A DNA stretch of 63,826 nucleotides, counting the filler, from Octopus bimaculoides (taxonomy: Eukaryota): NCBI RefSeq assembly GCF_001194135.2. It is 7 parts of 7 records of this genome, joined end to end, with 100 filler letters (N's around TTAATTAATTAA, not from the genome) between each part and the next. Parts side by side here need not be neighbours in the genome. Positions count along the whole stretch, not along the records: positions 43,913 to 55,071 come from NC_068986.1; positions 55,172 to 59,714 come from NC_069000.1; positions 59,815 to 62,708 come from NC_068992.1; positions 62,809 to 63,826 come from NC_068993.1; 3 more parts are not named here. One strand, 5' to 3'. Every line of letters starts with the position of its first letter. Position 1 is the stretch's first letter. A model generated the notes under the pieces. The model was given only the letters and a program-made list of their open reading frames with translations. It made no database searches and was not told the origin of the DNA. Made by a program: the position numbers and the translations under genes. This document shows positions 51,295 to 63,826 of the stretch, piece by piece.

Positions 51295-51500
51295 AGTGAG
51301 CCGGCAGAAGCTTTGGCACGCCGGGCAAAATGCTTCGAGACATTTCATCTTTATTTACCTTCTGATTTCAAATTCCGCCGAGGTCGATTTTGTCGTTCAT
51401 CCTTTTGGGTTAGATAAGATTAGTACCAGCTGAACACTGGGAGTGATGTAATTGACTCAACTGTTCTCCGAAAACTGCTGCTCTTGTGGCAAAATTTAAA
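51295..51500 (+). mobile_element. SINE family A copy, degenerate
   Basis: gagccggcagaagctttggcacgccgggcaaaatgct...caaattccgccgaggtcga. Confidence 0.8.
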
Positions 51501-53123
51501 CCATTATCATATGATGTACAATACAGTGACGAGCGTCTGAACCTCCCTGAAGGAATTAGGAACGGATATGCAAATAATCATTATAAAATGCATGTTACTT
51601 TAGAGACCCCTGTCTGTATCGAGAAAATTGTACTTGCTATGCTTTTCCTTAAGGTCTTTAGAGATTGTCCTATATATCCAGTTTCCGGATGCACAAGTAA
51701 TATCCTTCTTTACTTTGAAATGTTGCTTATAACGGAATTGTGAACCATCAGTCTAGTTAAAACAGATTCCATACTAGGGTATTCAAACATTTTTTTTTTT
51801 ACAGTTATTTCGTTCTTTCCTTAAATATAATTTAGCTTCTGTTTATAATCTACTTGACAACTGTGACTGCCTTTTACTTTTATAATTGTAAACGCCCTTA
51901 GAATTCAATATATCCTGTCAACTTTTTCAGCATCGGTGAATTCAGAAAAGTAATATCATAGCTTTCGTTGTTCATAGGTTCTTGTGTTGAGGCGCTTGAT
52001 GAAATTTTCACTTCTTGTAGTATCTAGACACAAAATTGCCTTGGCTCGTTAGGGCTGATAATGTTTGTAGATTAGTATGCATCTAAGTTATTAGACCTAT
52101 ATATCGCAGGTATTCATAAGAGATTAAACTATGCATTTCCATTTGGCTGAGATAAAAGTAATATTTATTCGTTTGTGCTTGGATTACACGAGGTAAAATG
52201 TAGATATTTCTTCTAGTTTGTTAATTCGTAGTATTTGTTTCTCTCCTTCTCTCCCTCCCTCCTCTTCTCTTTCTCTCTCCCCCCTCCTCTCTTTCTCTCT
52301 CCCTCCTCATATCTTTCTCTCTCCCTCCTCCTCACTTTCTCTCTCCCTCTCTTTCTCTCTCAATTTGGTTATAGATTTTAATTATTTTAATAATAGTCTT
52401 TCTTAAAATAAGAGTTTAAAAAATCATATAGATACTATGTATTCTCATTGCAAAGGAGTAGTCAGTGAGAGTTATTTTCCAGGTTTTCTCTTATAACGCG
52501 AATCTCATATTTTATTGACGATTTTCGATACAAGTGTCCTCCAAATTTGTTCGACTGATGCTACTCTCAAGACCATCATAATTCCTGATTTTCGTTAGTA
52601 AAATTTGGCATTAAACAAGACATGCAAATATTTTGTACAAAAATTTGCAATACTTCATTTATTAACACTTTTTCTGTTCTTTCCGAAACCTCTTCTGCAA
52701 AGTTCTATTAAAATTTGATTGCTTCGCAGTCATGGTCATGAACTCACATATTTGTTGGAAGGGCTTTCAACATAACTTGATCAACTTTATAAAAATATGT
52801 TAATGTGCTTCAGAAAAAGATTTAAGACATAAAATATATTCAAACGCTAGGTTTATACTTTAAATTGTTTGGGGATAATGCATATTTTGAATGCTTCCCA
52901 CAAAATTTTGCTTTTGCGATTCGTTTAGTAAGCCACCACAGAACATACTAGATTTTCATTTACATTACTTTTGTAATCATATTCATTATCTGACAAATCT
53001 GTTCGCTACGATTGTAACCAAATGTTAAACGTTTCATTACTTTCAGTAAGTTTCTTTTATAACTGCTTCATTACTTTCAATAAGTTTTTTATAACTGTTT
53101 CGTAGTGCATACCGTTTGAAAGC

Positions 53124-53184
<61 letters not shown>

Positions 53185-54430
53185 GATAGATAGATAGATA
53201 GATAGATTTGTAATATTCAGTGTGGATCGATATAAATACAACCCCTTTAAACACTTTCTAAACTGTCAATTCGATATCATTTTTTAATTCATTTGTATTT
53301 TCCAAGTCAGTACGAAATCGTTACATCAACAACTGCCAGTTATGAAAACATGAAATTATAACATCAATAATGACATCATTAATATTTTCAAAAAAAGTGA
53401 AACTGTTTGATTACATAAACCTTATTTTCCATACAGGAAATATTGTCATAAAGATTTTACTGCATGTTCTCTATTTTCTATACACACACACACACACACA
53501 CACACGTCGCGCGCGCGCGCATTCACAGACGTGTGCATGTGATGTACGTGTATACATGTATTGAATATGACAATATACGATATCTTCATATAGAGTTGAT
53601 AATCACATTTGTACAATTAGCTCTATGACATTATAAATATACAATAAAATATAAGCTGTTTGTATAAGCCACAATGTACGTAACATCATTATGTATGCAA
53701 TCATTGTAATTTCCATACTTGTAGAGCATCGCCTTCAGCATGTTTATAATTTGATACCAATCAAAGTGTCATTATTACTATCATTAGCCACAACTGAATT
53801 ATACCAAATCATCTCAATCCATCGTCGGTCAGAACATTTTCACCTAAGGGTATATCTATTCGCTATCTATCTTCTGGTTTTAACTAATATTGATAATAAG
53901 CCTTTTGCAGTTCCTGTAAAGGGCTAACGCGAAACAGAATGTGTCTCTCGTTGCCTCATTGTTTAGTTGTGTATAAAACGTATCATGCTTTGATTCTTTT
54001 GTTTGTTTGTTTGTTTGTTTAGAAGCCTGAATAGATTATAATGGACTGATTATCCCACAGAGTCATTTACATATCTTGGATTATCCTAAATATTAGATAA
54101 AAAAAAATCATTATAATTAACATTTTAAATGTAACACTTAAGCTTACAAACGGTCGATGCAGTCCCTACCATTTTTCATTTTTTAGACAGGAGGAATGGT
54201 AGTGTTCATGATATTTTTACAGAGGTTCAATGACTTGTAGAATGGATAAAATCATCTTCAAATGGGATACTTCACTTGCATTTACACATTACCCTCATCC
54301 TTCAAAGCATAACTAACAGTTTAGTTCAGATTACGTTTCCTGTATTATTAAATATGTCTGAAAATATTGACGCATTATGCATATTACAAACGTTTTCTCA
54401 CTATGTTCACAGACAAGATCTACTGCATGA

Positions 54431-54477
<47 letters not shown>

Positions 54478-54479
<2 letters not shown>

Positions 54480-54930
54480 TAATTAAGGGATCAGCAAATA
54501 TTTGCTTCACCATATACCGAAGTTCAGAAATAGCAGCTAAAAAAGCTGAGAATCCCACAGATAGCATCACTTGTAACTCACAAAGGCAAAAACAAGAAGA
54601 AAAAACAATGAAAACTAACCAATTCCGATGTTTAACAGTAAACGCGTTTCTAGATCATGATTGATAATAATCAATTTCCTTCATCAGTACTGTATTCCAG
54701 TAGTAAATTTGACTATGCTAGCAAAACTGTGTAAGCATGGACTAGTAACGTTCCACACCGACACAGGTCTGAAAGCATAACCGAATCCACCTCGGTCAGC
54801 CAGTCTAACTGTCCTTCCCTCAAGAAATTACCATGTGCGCGACAAGTGATATCGCAGAGAATCTGCGTATACTACCAGGGAGTGAATAATTATTACAAAT
54901 TAAAAGGGTAAAGGATTATCAATTTATTAA
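54478..54930 (-). mobile_element. Penelope pLTR-like repeat ending in (TA)n
   Basis: Carries the hammerhead at 54635-54693, abuts (TA)n and ends in a foldback. Confidence 0.6.
54635..54693 (-). ncRNA. Minimal type-I hammerhead motif
   Basis: acagta-CTGATGA-[30 nt incl. attgat/atcaat hairpin]-GAAACGCGTT-tactgt: 6-bp helix I, palindromic ACGCGT helix III. Confidence 0.72.
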
Positions 54931-55071
54931 TTAATAAATTGATAATCCTTTACCCTTTTAATTTGTAATAATTATTCACTCCCTGGTAGTATACGCAGAT
55001 TCTCTGCGATATCACTTGTCGCGCACATGGTAATTTCTTGAGGGAAGGACAGTTAGACTGGCTGACCGAGG
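54790..55071. repeat. Perfect 282-bp palindrome ending at a gap
   Basis: 141-bp arms with no loop, centre between 54930 and 54931. Confidence 0.95.
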
Positions 55072-55151
55072 NNNNNNNNNNNNNNNNNNNNNNNNNNNNN
55101 NNNNNNNNNNNNNNNTTAATTAATTAANNNNNNNNNNNNNNNNNNNNNNNN

Positions 55152-55270
55152 NNNNNNNNNNNNNNNNNNNNGAAGAAGAAGAAGAAGAAGAAGAAGAAGA
55201 AGAAGAAGAAGAAGAAGAAGAAGAAGAAGAAGAAGAAGAAGAAGAAGAAGAAGAAGAAGAAGAAGAAGAA
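55152..55270. repeat. (GAA)n microsatellite
   Basis: Directly visible. Confidence 0.97.
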
Positions 55271-55910
55271 GCAGAAGCCCGCTTTTGGGTTGTAACTTAA
55301 AGAAATTTTCAGGATCGTTTTGGATGAGACACTAGTTTAGAATGATTCCGGTAGAGGGAGGTAGTTGTTGGTTTGGTGTAGCTGGTGCAGAGAAAGCAAC
55401 AAAAAAGAACAGTAAAACAAACACAGCAGACAGATCACAGACCCTTAACACACGAAAACTTCAGAAACTACGGAACCACAAATACTTCCCAGAGTGTCAG
55501 CTAAGGTTGGTAGATGAAAACAAGTTGAAGTGTCATCCATTAAACATGGTACTGCACATCAATGACTGTCATGCATCACTTATTTTCCTCTTACATCCGG
55601 TTCACAGATGTCGTTAATTCTAATTACTGATTATTTTTCAATATTCATGATTTTTGATGATTTGTTTTGATGATTTTTGATGATTTGTTTTTAACGAAAA
55701 CAAATATAATTTTGAAAGTGAAAGCTGTTTAGTATCATTTCAATGAAATGAACGACGGCATTGTGTATATGTATGCATATAAGTATGAATGTATGTATGT
55801 ATAAGCACTTTTTTATAAATATTATTTATATTATATATCTATATAAATATATACATATACAAATATATATATGCATACATATATATATATACATACATAC
55901 ATATATATAT

Positions 55911-55948
<38 letters not shown>

Positions 55949-57639
55949 GATATATTTCATGCATCACTCTTTAAAATGTTCAATACCGAAACAATCCCAA
56001 TATTCAACGGATTGAGCCTGCAAAAGCATAGCCTACTACAAACAAAAACATGTCGTCAAATGACTTCTATTCTTACCAACTGATGTTAAGACCAGAAGAA
56101 TCAAATCAATTGCACTTGTCAAATAAACTTTATTTTCATTTACATATTTTCTATGTTATTTCAACAACCAGTTATAGATATTTGAAATACACTTTTCTAC
56201 AATAACCAGATCTCTTAGAAAATGAAAATATTTTCACACTTTCAGTTTGAACCAAAATAACAGTACTGCAGTACGAGAGTAAACAATGTGTGAATAATGA
56301 AAATAATATTTCTCCAAATTAGTCATATCTGTTATAATTAAAAAAATGCTGCTTATTTTCTATCTACCAAATAAACTACCAACTAGATATTCATTTGCAT
56401 ATTAGCATTATAAAAATTTAACATGATCATTTTTCTTTTAGTCACTTATCTTAAACGACAGTTTATATCACCAATACAACGACAATGACCTCGCATTTTT
56501 TCATTTGAGTGTGTTCGCGTGCTCGTTCCTTACGTTAGGCCGATGACTGACAAGTATATGTGTGTAACGGTGTATGTGTCTGTCAGTATGCATATATTTT
56601 TTGACTACTGACATACATACATACATACACACCTAAAGACAGAGACAGACACGCAGGGACAGAGATAGGCTTCACGTATGCGTGAAGTGTGTCTCTCTTA
56701 CTTTATGTATGTAACTCCCTCCCCACCAACAGTGAAACGCGCCGATATTGAAGGTTTACTTGCGACTTGGACTTCAAATAAACAACAACGTCCACTTTCA
56801 AGTACAACCAACATGAAGATTTGGCTGATTTAACAGCACTCCAAATACTCGCAAATACATCTGGAAAAAAATTATTCTGGATATTATGACAAATTCGGAA
56901 ACTTCGGAAACTTTCAATATAATTACAGAAATGCTATCCCACTCCTTCTAACCAATTTCGAGTTAATGTTTTCTTTTTAACAGTCTTTGTATTCCTATTA
57001 TGCCTTTCAACATTTTGAGTATCAACGCCGCACAACCCTTTTACTGCGTTAGTCAATATTTATTCTATAACCTATAACGTTACACAGTTAAAAAATATAT
57101 AGTAATGTTAAATCAATTTATATCTTGCTACGTACATCCTTCAGCAAATATCTTAAAGTAACGTTCACATTAACTTTATCTTTCTTTTTGTACACTTGGT
57201 TCAGCGTTCGTTTCAAAATAGCAAAATTAATTATTTCTGTATGAAAAATTGAATGATGCCTTCTGAATTTCCTTAGACTTTCACTTTCTTCACCGTGACA
57301 TTCATTCAGTCGGGAATTATATAACATTCCAAATAAATGTTGACTTTCTGTACTGTCTTACATAGGTGATGCATGCTAACGTTCGCTAAATTGGTGATTT
57401 TCGATGTTTTTATATCACAACTATGCTACAGAAATTATGTTTTGCTCCTATATTGACTACATTTCGTTTCGCTTGAACTTCGTGTGTGTACGTTTTGCTG
57501 TTTATTAAACAAACAATAACTTCCATTATTTCATTAACTATATATCAGCTGTGACAATTCTGCCCATAAGAAATAAGACAATGAGCTTGTAGGACATAAC
57601 ACTCAGGCAACGGCGGGATGCATTGCTAGTGTGTCGGTG

Positions 57640-57678
<39 letters not shown>

Positions 57679-58027
57679 NNNNNNNNNNNNNNNNNNNNNN
57701 NNNNNNNNNNNNNNNNNNNNNNNNNNNNNNNNNNNNNNNNNNNNNNNNNNNNNNNNNNNNNNNNNNNNNNNNNNNNNNNNNNNNNNNNNNNNNNNNNNNN
57801 NNNNNNNNNNNNNNNNNNNNNNNNNNNNNNNNNNNNNNNNNNNNNNNNNNNNNNNNNNNNNNNNNNNNNNNNNNNNNNNNNNNNNNNNNNNNNNNNNNNN
57901 NNNNNNNNNNNNNNNNNNNNNNNNNNNNNNNNNNNNNNNNATATCTATCTATCGATCTATCTATCTGTCTGGCTGTCTATCTGTCTAGCTATCTATATTT
58001 CTATCTCTCTAATCTGTTTAGCTATTC

Positions 58028-58085
<58 letters not shown>

Positions 58086-58127
58086 CTCTCACTCTCCTAT
58101 CTTTAATGATAACCTCGATGGACCAAA

Positions 58128-58425
58128 GTTTTGTGAATGGATTTGGAAGACGGAAACTGAATGAAGCTTGATTTGTGTGTGTAAGGGGTGCACGCGCGTC
58201 TGTGTTTGAGTTAATTTTTGTGCATAACTACCACTACCGCTTCCTCTCCCTTCCGGTGTTGGCTCGTTTACATCTCCCTTATATTTGCGGTTCGGTAAAA
58301 ACCGATCGAGGATATACACACCAGGCTTTAAAAACCATAGGAACTGGGGTCCATTTGTCAGACTAAACCTTTGAAGGCGGTGCTCCAGCATGGTCGCAGT
58401 CTAATGACTGAAACAAGCAAATGTT
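58128..58425 (+). mobile_element. SINE family C lacking its 5' head
   Basis: ttgtgaatggatttggaagacggaaactg...ggcggtgctccagcatggtcgcagtctaatgactgaaac. Confidence 0.8.
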
Positions 58426-58509
58426 AAAAGATAAGTTTTTATATATGTATGTAAGTACGTTTGAACATGCATACAAGTATATGCTATTTTTTGTTTTATA
58501 TCTCAGTTG

Positions 58510-58731
58510 TTTTTGTTTTTAGACTGCGGTCATGCTACGGCACAGCCTTCAAGATTTTCTATTTGAAGAAATCGATCCCAGTACTTATTTTTTTAAAAAC
58601 CTGGTACTTGTTCTAACGGTCTCTTTTGCCGAAACGCTAAGCTAAGGGGACGTCAACACACTGACACCTTTAGCCAAGCGATGGTGGAGGATAAGCACAG
58701 GTACTCAATGACATAGACACATGGGACACAT

Positions 58732-58770
<39 letters not shown>

Positions 58771-58962
58771 CACATACATACACACATACAAACATACTTA
58801 TATATAAGCTTCTTTCAGTTTTAGCTTCCAAATCCATTCACAAGGATTTGGTCCACCCGAAGCTATAGTAAAAGAATCATGCCTATTGTGATGCAATGGA
58901 ACTGAACCGGGAACTATGTGGTTGAGAAGTACCTTTCTTAACATACAGCCTAATCAGCGCCT
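58510..58962 (-). mobile_element. SINE family C, full length, degenerate
   Basis: Tail, internal microsatellite and head present. Confidence 0.8.
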
Positions 58963-58990
58963 ATATGCACAATCGTAAATTACTCTCATA

Positions 58991-59203
58991 AAGGCGGCGA
59001 GCTGGCAGTAAGGTTAGCACGCCAGGCGGAATGCTTAGGGATATTTCGTCTGTCTTTACGTTCTGAGTTCAAATTCCACCGAGGTCGACTTTGCCGTTCA
59101 TCTTTTAAGGGTCGATAAATTAAATATCAGTTGCGTACTGATGTCGATCTAATCGACTGGCCCCGTCCTCCAAAATTTCAGGCCTTGTGCCTAGAGTAAA
59201 AAA
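58991..59203 (+). mobile_element. SINE family A, full monomer
   Basis: aaggcggcgagctggcag (A-box-like)...gagttcaaattcc (B-box-like)...ggccttgtgcctagagtaaaa. Confidence 0.92.
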
Positions 59204-59668
59204 ACTAAATTGCTTTCTGACTAGAGATCTCATCTCGTCAAAATTGCATCAATTTCAATGTTTGCCGTTGACATGTGAATATTCATTATATTATTTAATA
59301 CACGTCAGCGTTGTGCCATGAAAGATAATATATCAGAAGTACACAGACAGAACGAAAAAAATGACTTAGATATTCATAGCTTGCAACTATATATTAGATA
59401 ACAGCGTATCGACATAGTAATAGCATTTTGCAGTGTCAGTGAGGAAGTCGGAGTAGTGTGCATACGTATAAGTATATACTCTCACAGGCATACTCCTATA
59501 CGCAGACACACACACATACACGCACACACATACACTTGATATGACAGAAAAAGAGATTAGCGTAATCCTACTGGAAGAGTAGTAGGGAGAAAGAAAACAG
59601 TCCATATATAGATGACCAGTTTGATAACGAAAATGTAAAGGATAAGGTATGTATACTTGTATGTATGC

Positions 59669-59714
<46 letters not shown>

Positions 59715-59814
59715 NNNNNNNNNNNNNNNNNNNNNNNNNNNNNNNNNNNNNNNNNNNNTTAATTAATTAANNNNNNNNNNNNNNNNNNNNNNNNNNNNNN
59801 NNNNNNNNNNNNNN

Positions 59815-60110
59815 CTTCAATGCCCTGCCAAAACATTTGAGAGACATGCAAGACATGGATACGGAGGTCTTCAAGACAAAACTTGACACTTTCCTCTCCA
59901 CGGTACCAGACGAACCAATGGCTCGTAATGAGACGCAGTTTAGGGCAGCTATGTCAAATTCTCTTATACACCAGATGTGCCATCAAAGCTCTTGATTGGA
60001 CCATGTCAGGTGGGGGAGAAGAGCCATGCGAGGAACGTGAAAATCACGGTGGTGCACCAGCATGACCGCAGCCACTTGGCTGAAACACATAAATAAATAA
60101 ATAAAATAAA
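59815..60110 (+). mobile_element. CR1-group LINE 3' end
   Basis: FNALPKHLRDMQDMDTEVFKTKLDTFLSTVPDEP...AAMSNSLIHQ then 3' UTR and (ATAA)n tail. Confidence 0.85.
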
Positions 60111-60437
60111 AAATACAATACACACATTCACACACATACATTAACCCGTACAAGTGACTGGAGGTAGGATTTAGTCTCATGTAACATGCTTCGTCACTTC
60201 AGCAAAATGTCTGCGCACATATATTGTAGTCATGAGTCGAAAGACGCTATCAGCCAGTTAAAATTGTCTATTTCTTTCTCGTTAGCTAATTCCAATACTT
60301 ATCACGTAAGGGCTTGTTTTTTCCTTTTGTTTTAACATTATATTTTGTAATTCCAGTTTTTGCCTAGATTTTAGTTATTTTGCAGTCTGTTGATTTTTTT
60401 TTCCTTTTCATCGTAGTTGTTTTGTAATATTCTTTTA

Positions 60438-60634
60438 TGTGTTTCAGTCATTTGACTCAGCCATGCTGGAGCACCGCCTTTAGTCGAACAAGTCGACCCC
60501 AGGACTTATTCTTTGTAAGCCTGGTACTTATTATATCGCTCTCTGTTGCCGCACCTCTAAGTAACGGGGACGTAAACACACCAGAAGCGGTTGTCAAGCG
60601 TTGGTGGGGGACAAACACACACAGGGAAACACAC

Positions 60635-60728
<94 letters not shown>

Positions 60729-60878
60729 GACGGGCCTTTTTTAGTTTCCGTCTACCAAATCCACTCACAAGGCTTAGGTTCATAGCAGAAATCACTTGCC
60801 GAAGGTGCCACGCAGTGGGACTGAACCCGGAATCATGTATTTGGTAAGCAAGCCACTTACCACAGAGCCACTCCTGCA
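60438..60878 (-). mobile_element. SINE family C, full length, with long internal (CA)n
   Basis: Matches 19672-20085. Confidence 0.9.
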
Positions 60879-61554
60879 CTTGATCAATTTTTTGTATTTT
60901 TCGACTCCCTTGAAAACAGAAGACATTTTTGGTTTTGCTCATAATTTGTGGTTAATTGTACTCGTTGTACTTGGGTTTGAGTTAAATATTTTTATAATCC
61001 TATGATGAATAATTCATAGTCATTTTTAATTTTAATTATATGAGACTTCTACTCACTTGAATTCACTGTATAAATAACCTTTCTCTATCAGGTCTCGAGT
61101 GTCTCATTCTTAAGAACGTCACTATAAGTGAGAGAGCAGATAAGTGAGAGAGAAGATACATAGATAGTAAGAAAAGTAGATACATAAATACATACACACA
61201 TCATTAAATTAAAAGCGGAGAGAGGAGTGACAGAGAGGAAGTGAGAGACAAAGAGAGAAAGTGAGAGAGACAGTGAGTGATGACTGAAAGGAAGGTGACG
61301 TTCCTTTTTTGTTTTTAAATGTTGTATTTTTAAATACTTATCAATATTTTCAGAGTAGACTGATGCATATATCGAAAGGAAAGTAGATACAGAGATCCAG
61401 AGAAAAGTAGATATATAGACACATTGGTAAATCAAAGACAAATAACTACAGCAAATATTGGATGTCACATTCATTTTTCATTACTACACCAGGATAATAT
61501 TAACGCCCAAGTGGCTGAGTACTCCACAGGCATGCATACCATTAATGTAGTTCT

Positions 61555-62345
61555 TGAGACATTTTGATCTTGTGAGACAGACATATCTATTAACAGACAA
61601 GTTCCTCTGTTGTTATCCTTGATTACAATGTCTGATCGATTGAAGTCAATTTTTCTCTTTGTATTGGGAAGTTCCAAAGGATGGTGACGACCGCACCATT
61701 TACTACATCCCCGGGATAGTGCTTGTACCATCCAGCTTGGGATTTAACATTGAAGTGTTTACAAGCATTGCAGTGGATGTACTGCTCCAGTCTGTCATGT
61801 CTTATGAGGTTCTCCTTTTCAGTGAAAGCTGGACATCTAGAAACAACATCATCAATTGTCTCTGAATTCTCCGCACATTCTGCACAAGGAGTCAGATACA
61901 TTTTAAGGACGTTTGCATGGTAGTTTTTGGTAGGCAAGCTATGATCTTGCGCTTCAATAACAAAACCTTCTTTTTCCCATTTCAGATCTGTCCCTTGCAG
62001 CCATTGGCGTGTTAGATTCTGATCAATATCTGGCTTGGACAGGCGGTTAAGGTATTTTCCATGCAAGAGTTTACCTTTCCAGTCGTCTTCGATATTATTC
62101 ATGCAAGCCTTCTTAGCTTTTTGTTTGATGTTTTTGCATCAGTGATAGATTTGTCATTATTTGCATCTCTTTGGTCTAACTGGTTGTTAATTTCTAAATC
62201 AGGAGAAGCAATGGCAGGTCTGTTCGTATTTGGGTCTCTTTGGTCATTCTTATTGTTAACTTGTAGGGCAAGGGACTTTCAAAATTTCTTACTAAGCCTC
62301 ATGACTGAAGCTTGCTTCGAATCCTCATGCTTCAGTGCAATTCGC
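61555..62345 (-). mobile_element. R4/Dong-like LINE internal fragment (zinc knuckle to start of endonuclease)
   Basis: WKGKLLHGKY...WLQGTDLK.EKEGFVIEAQD...CAECAENSETIDDVVSRC...RHD...WYKH...ILWNFPIQ, then NRSDIVIKD...CLLIDMSV. Confidence 0.88.
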
Positions 62346-62352
62346 TAGAATA

Positions 62353-62708
62353 CTTTATTATTATTATTATTATTATTTTATGTTTGACTTTTGTTTTGCA
62401 TTTGTACAAGTTGGATCCAAGTCTCACCCAGAGACCTCAAGAGACAACAAGTTAGAAGTTCATGTAGGTGTTATGCCTAGGGTACCATATATTTGGATTT
62501 GTACAGTTTTGTTCAAGTGAATGTTTAAGAAACCATAAGAAAATTATGTTTGCTTTAAAATTTGAGATCACATAGACAGTATTTTACGTAGGATATGGGC
62601 AGTTCCCATGAGCACTATCTTTTGGACTTCAGCCATTTTGGGGTTTCCTGGTATCTGAGCTAGGTAGTAATCAGCCCGTTTCGCTGTCATTCCCAGGGCA
62701 CCTATGAC
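62353..62708 (-). mobile_element. R4/Dong-like LINE 3' end (same family as 3629-3936) with (AAT)n tail
   Basis: VIGALGMTAKRADYYLAQIPGNPKMAEVQKIVLMGTAHILRKILSM*. Confidence 0.85.
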
Positions 62709-63329
62709 NNNNNNNNNNNNNNNNNNNNNNNNNNNNNNNNNNNNNNNNNNNNTTAATTAATTAANNNNNNNNNNNNNNNNNNNNNNNNNNNNNNNNNNNN
62801 NNNNNNNNGATGATGGTGGTGGTGGTGGTGGTGGTGAAGATGGTCATGTTAGTTAGTGGTGTTCACAGTGGTGGAGTTAGTAGTTGTGAACGTGGTGGTA
62901 ACGGTGGTGGTGGAGGTCGAAGTGGTGGTGATGGTGATAGTGAAGGTGGTTTTGCTTGTGGTAGTGGTGGTGGTGGTATAGAGCTATGAAGGTTGGTGTC
63001 TCCATAGCGCCGGCTGTTGTCAATGCGATACTTGCGACGTTAGGGAGAGGTGGAAATGATGAGGATGACGATGATGATGATGCTGATGATGATGACGACC
63101 ATGAAGAAGATAAGTATGGCAAGGACGACCAACACGAAGTGATGGCAACAAAGACAATTGTCGGTAAGGATGTACACAATGAAATTAGTACAAAAGACAG
63201 GCAACAGAATTAAATAAACAATGAATCCTGTTAATATACATACATACACACACACACACACATCTACATATTTGTGTCTATGTATACTAATACATATATG
63301 CATACACACACATAGATAGATAGATAGAT

Positions 63330-63388
<59 letters not shown>

Positions 63389-63405
63389 AAGATAGATAGA
63401 CAGAC

Positions 63406-63460
<55 letters not shown>

Positions 63461-63826
63461 CAAACAAGCAGACAGACAGACTGACGGACAGATAGGTAGA
63501 TAGATATAGTGTTTATATTTTTCCATTAAACAAATCTGAACTCAAATGATTTATATGCCAAAGGATCAAAGAGGCAATATTTCATATTTTGGAAACATAA
63601 ACGTACACACCTCATTTTATTTTTGATTACAACTGAACAATTGTAATTTTGATCATATTAGTGCTGGCGTGTATGTGTCTGTATGTGAGTGTGAGTGTGC
63701 GTCGGTGGGTGTATGGGTTTGAGTAAGTCTGTAAATAGAATGTGTGCGTGTGTATGTGTGTATTTGTGTATATTTGTGAGTGTGTGTGACCGTGTGTTCA
63801 TATATATATATATATATATATATATA

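Noticed and set aside
53911-53945. ctgtaaagggctaacgcgaaac as a hammerhead
   Set aside because: Core and helices too degenerate
57118-57327. Faint resemblance to a Polinton-type polymerase N-terminus
   Set aside because: Similarity too weak to support without a profile search
62810-63213. Acidic or His-rich ORFs
   Set aside because: Derived from (GGT)n and (GAT)n repeats

Overview
Repeat-dominated, gapped eukaryotic genomic DNA. It is most likely Octopus, inferred from the SINE repertoire and the very high microsatellite load. No intact protein-coding gene, rRNA, full tRNA or CRISPR array is supported; almost all supplied ORFs are microsatellite or N-gap translations. The window holds many SINE copies in four families (A-D) plus one unassigned copy. 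It also holds fragments of CR1-type LINEs, R4/Dong-type LINEs in (AAT)n tracts, DD37D (maT) and mariner transposases, a Chapaev3-like transposase and a Penelope-like retroelement. There are two minisatellites and a tRNA-Trp 3' fragment ending in CCA. The most notable signal is a set of minimal type-I hammerhead ribozyme motifs in at least four unrelated contexts. One lies in a tRNA-headed SINE-like element (family D), whose copies form two head-to-head doublets between three copies of a 12-bp target at 40.7-41.45 kb. All calls were made by eye; coordinates are approximate unless a motif is quoted.
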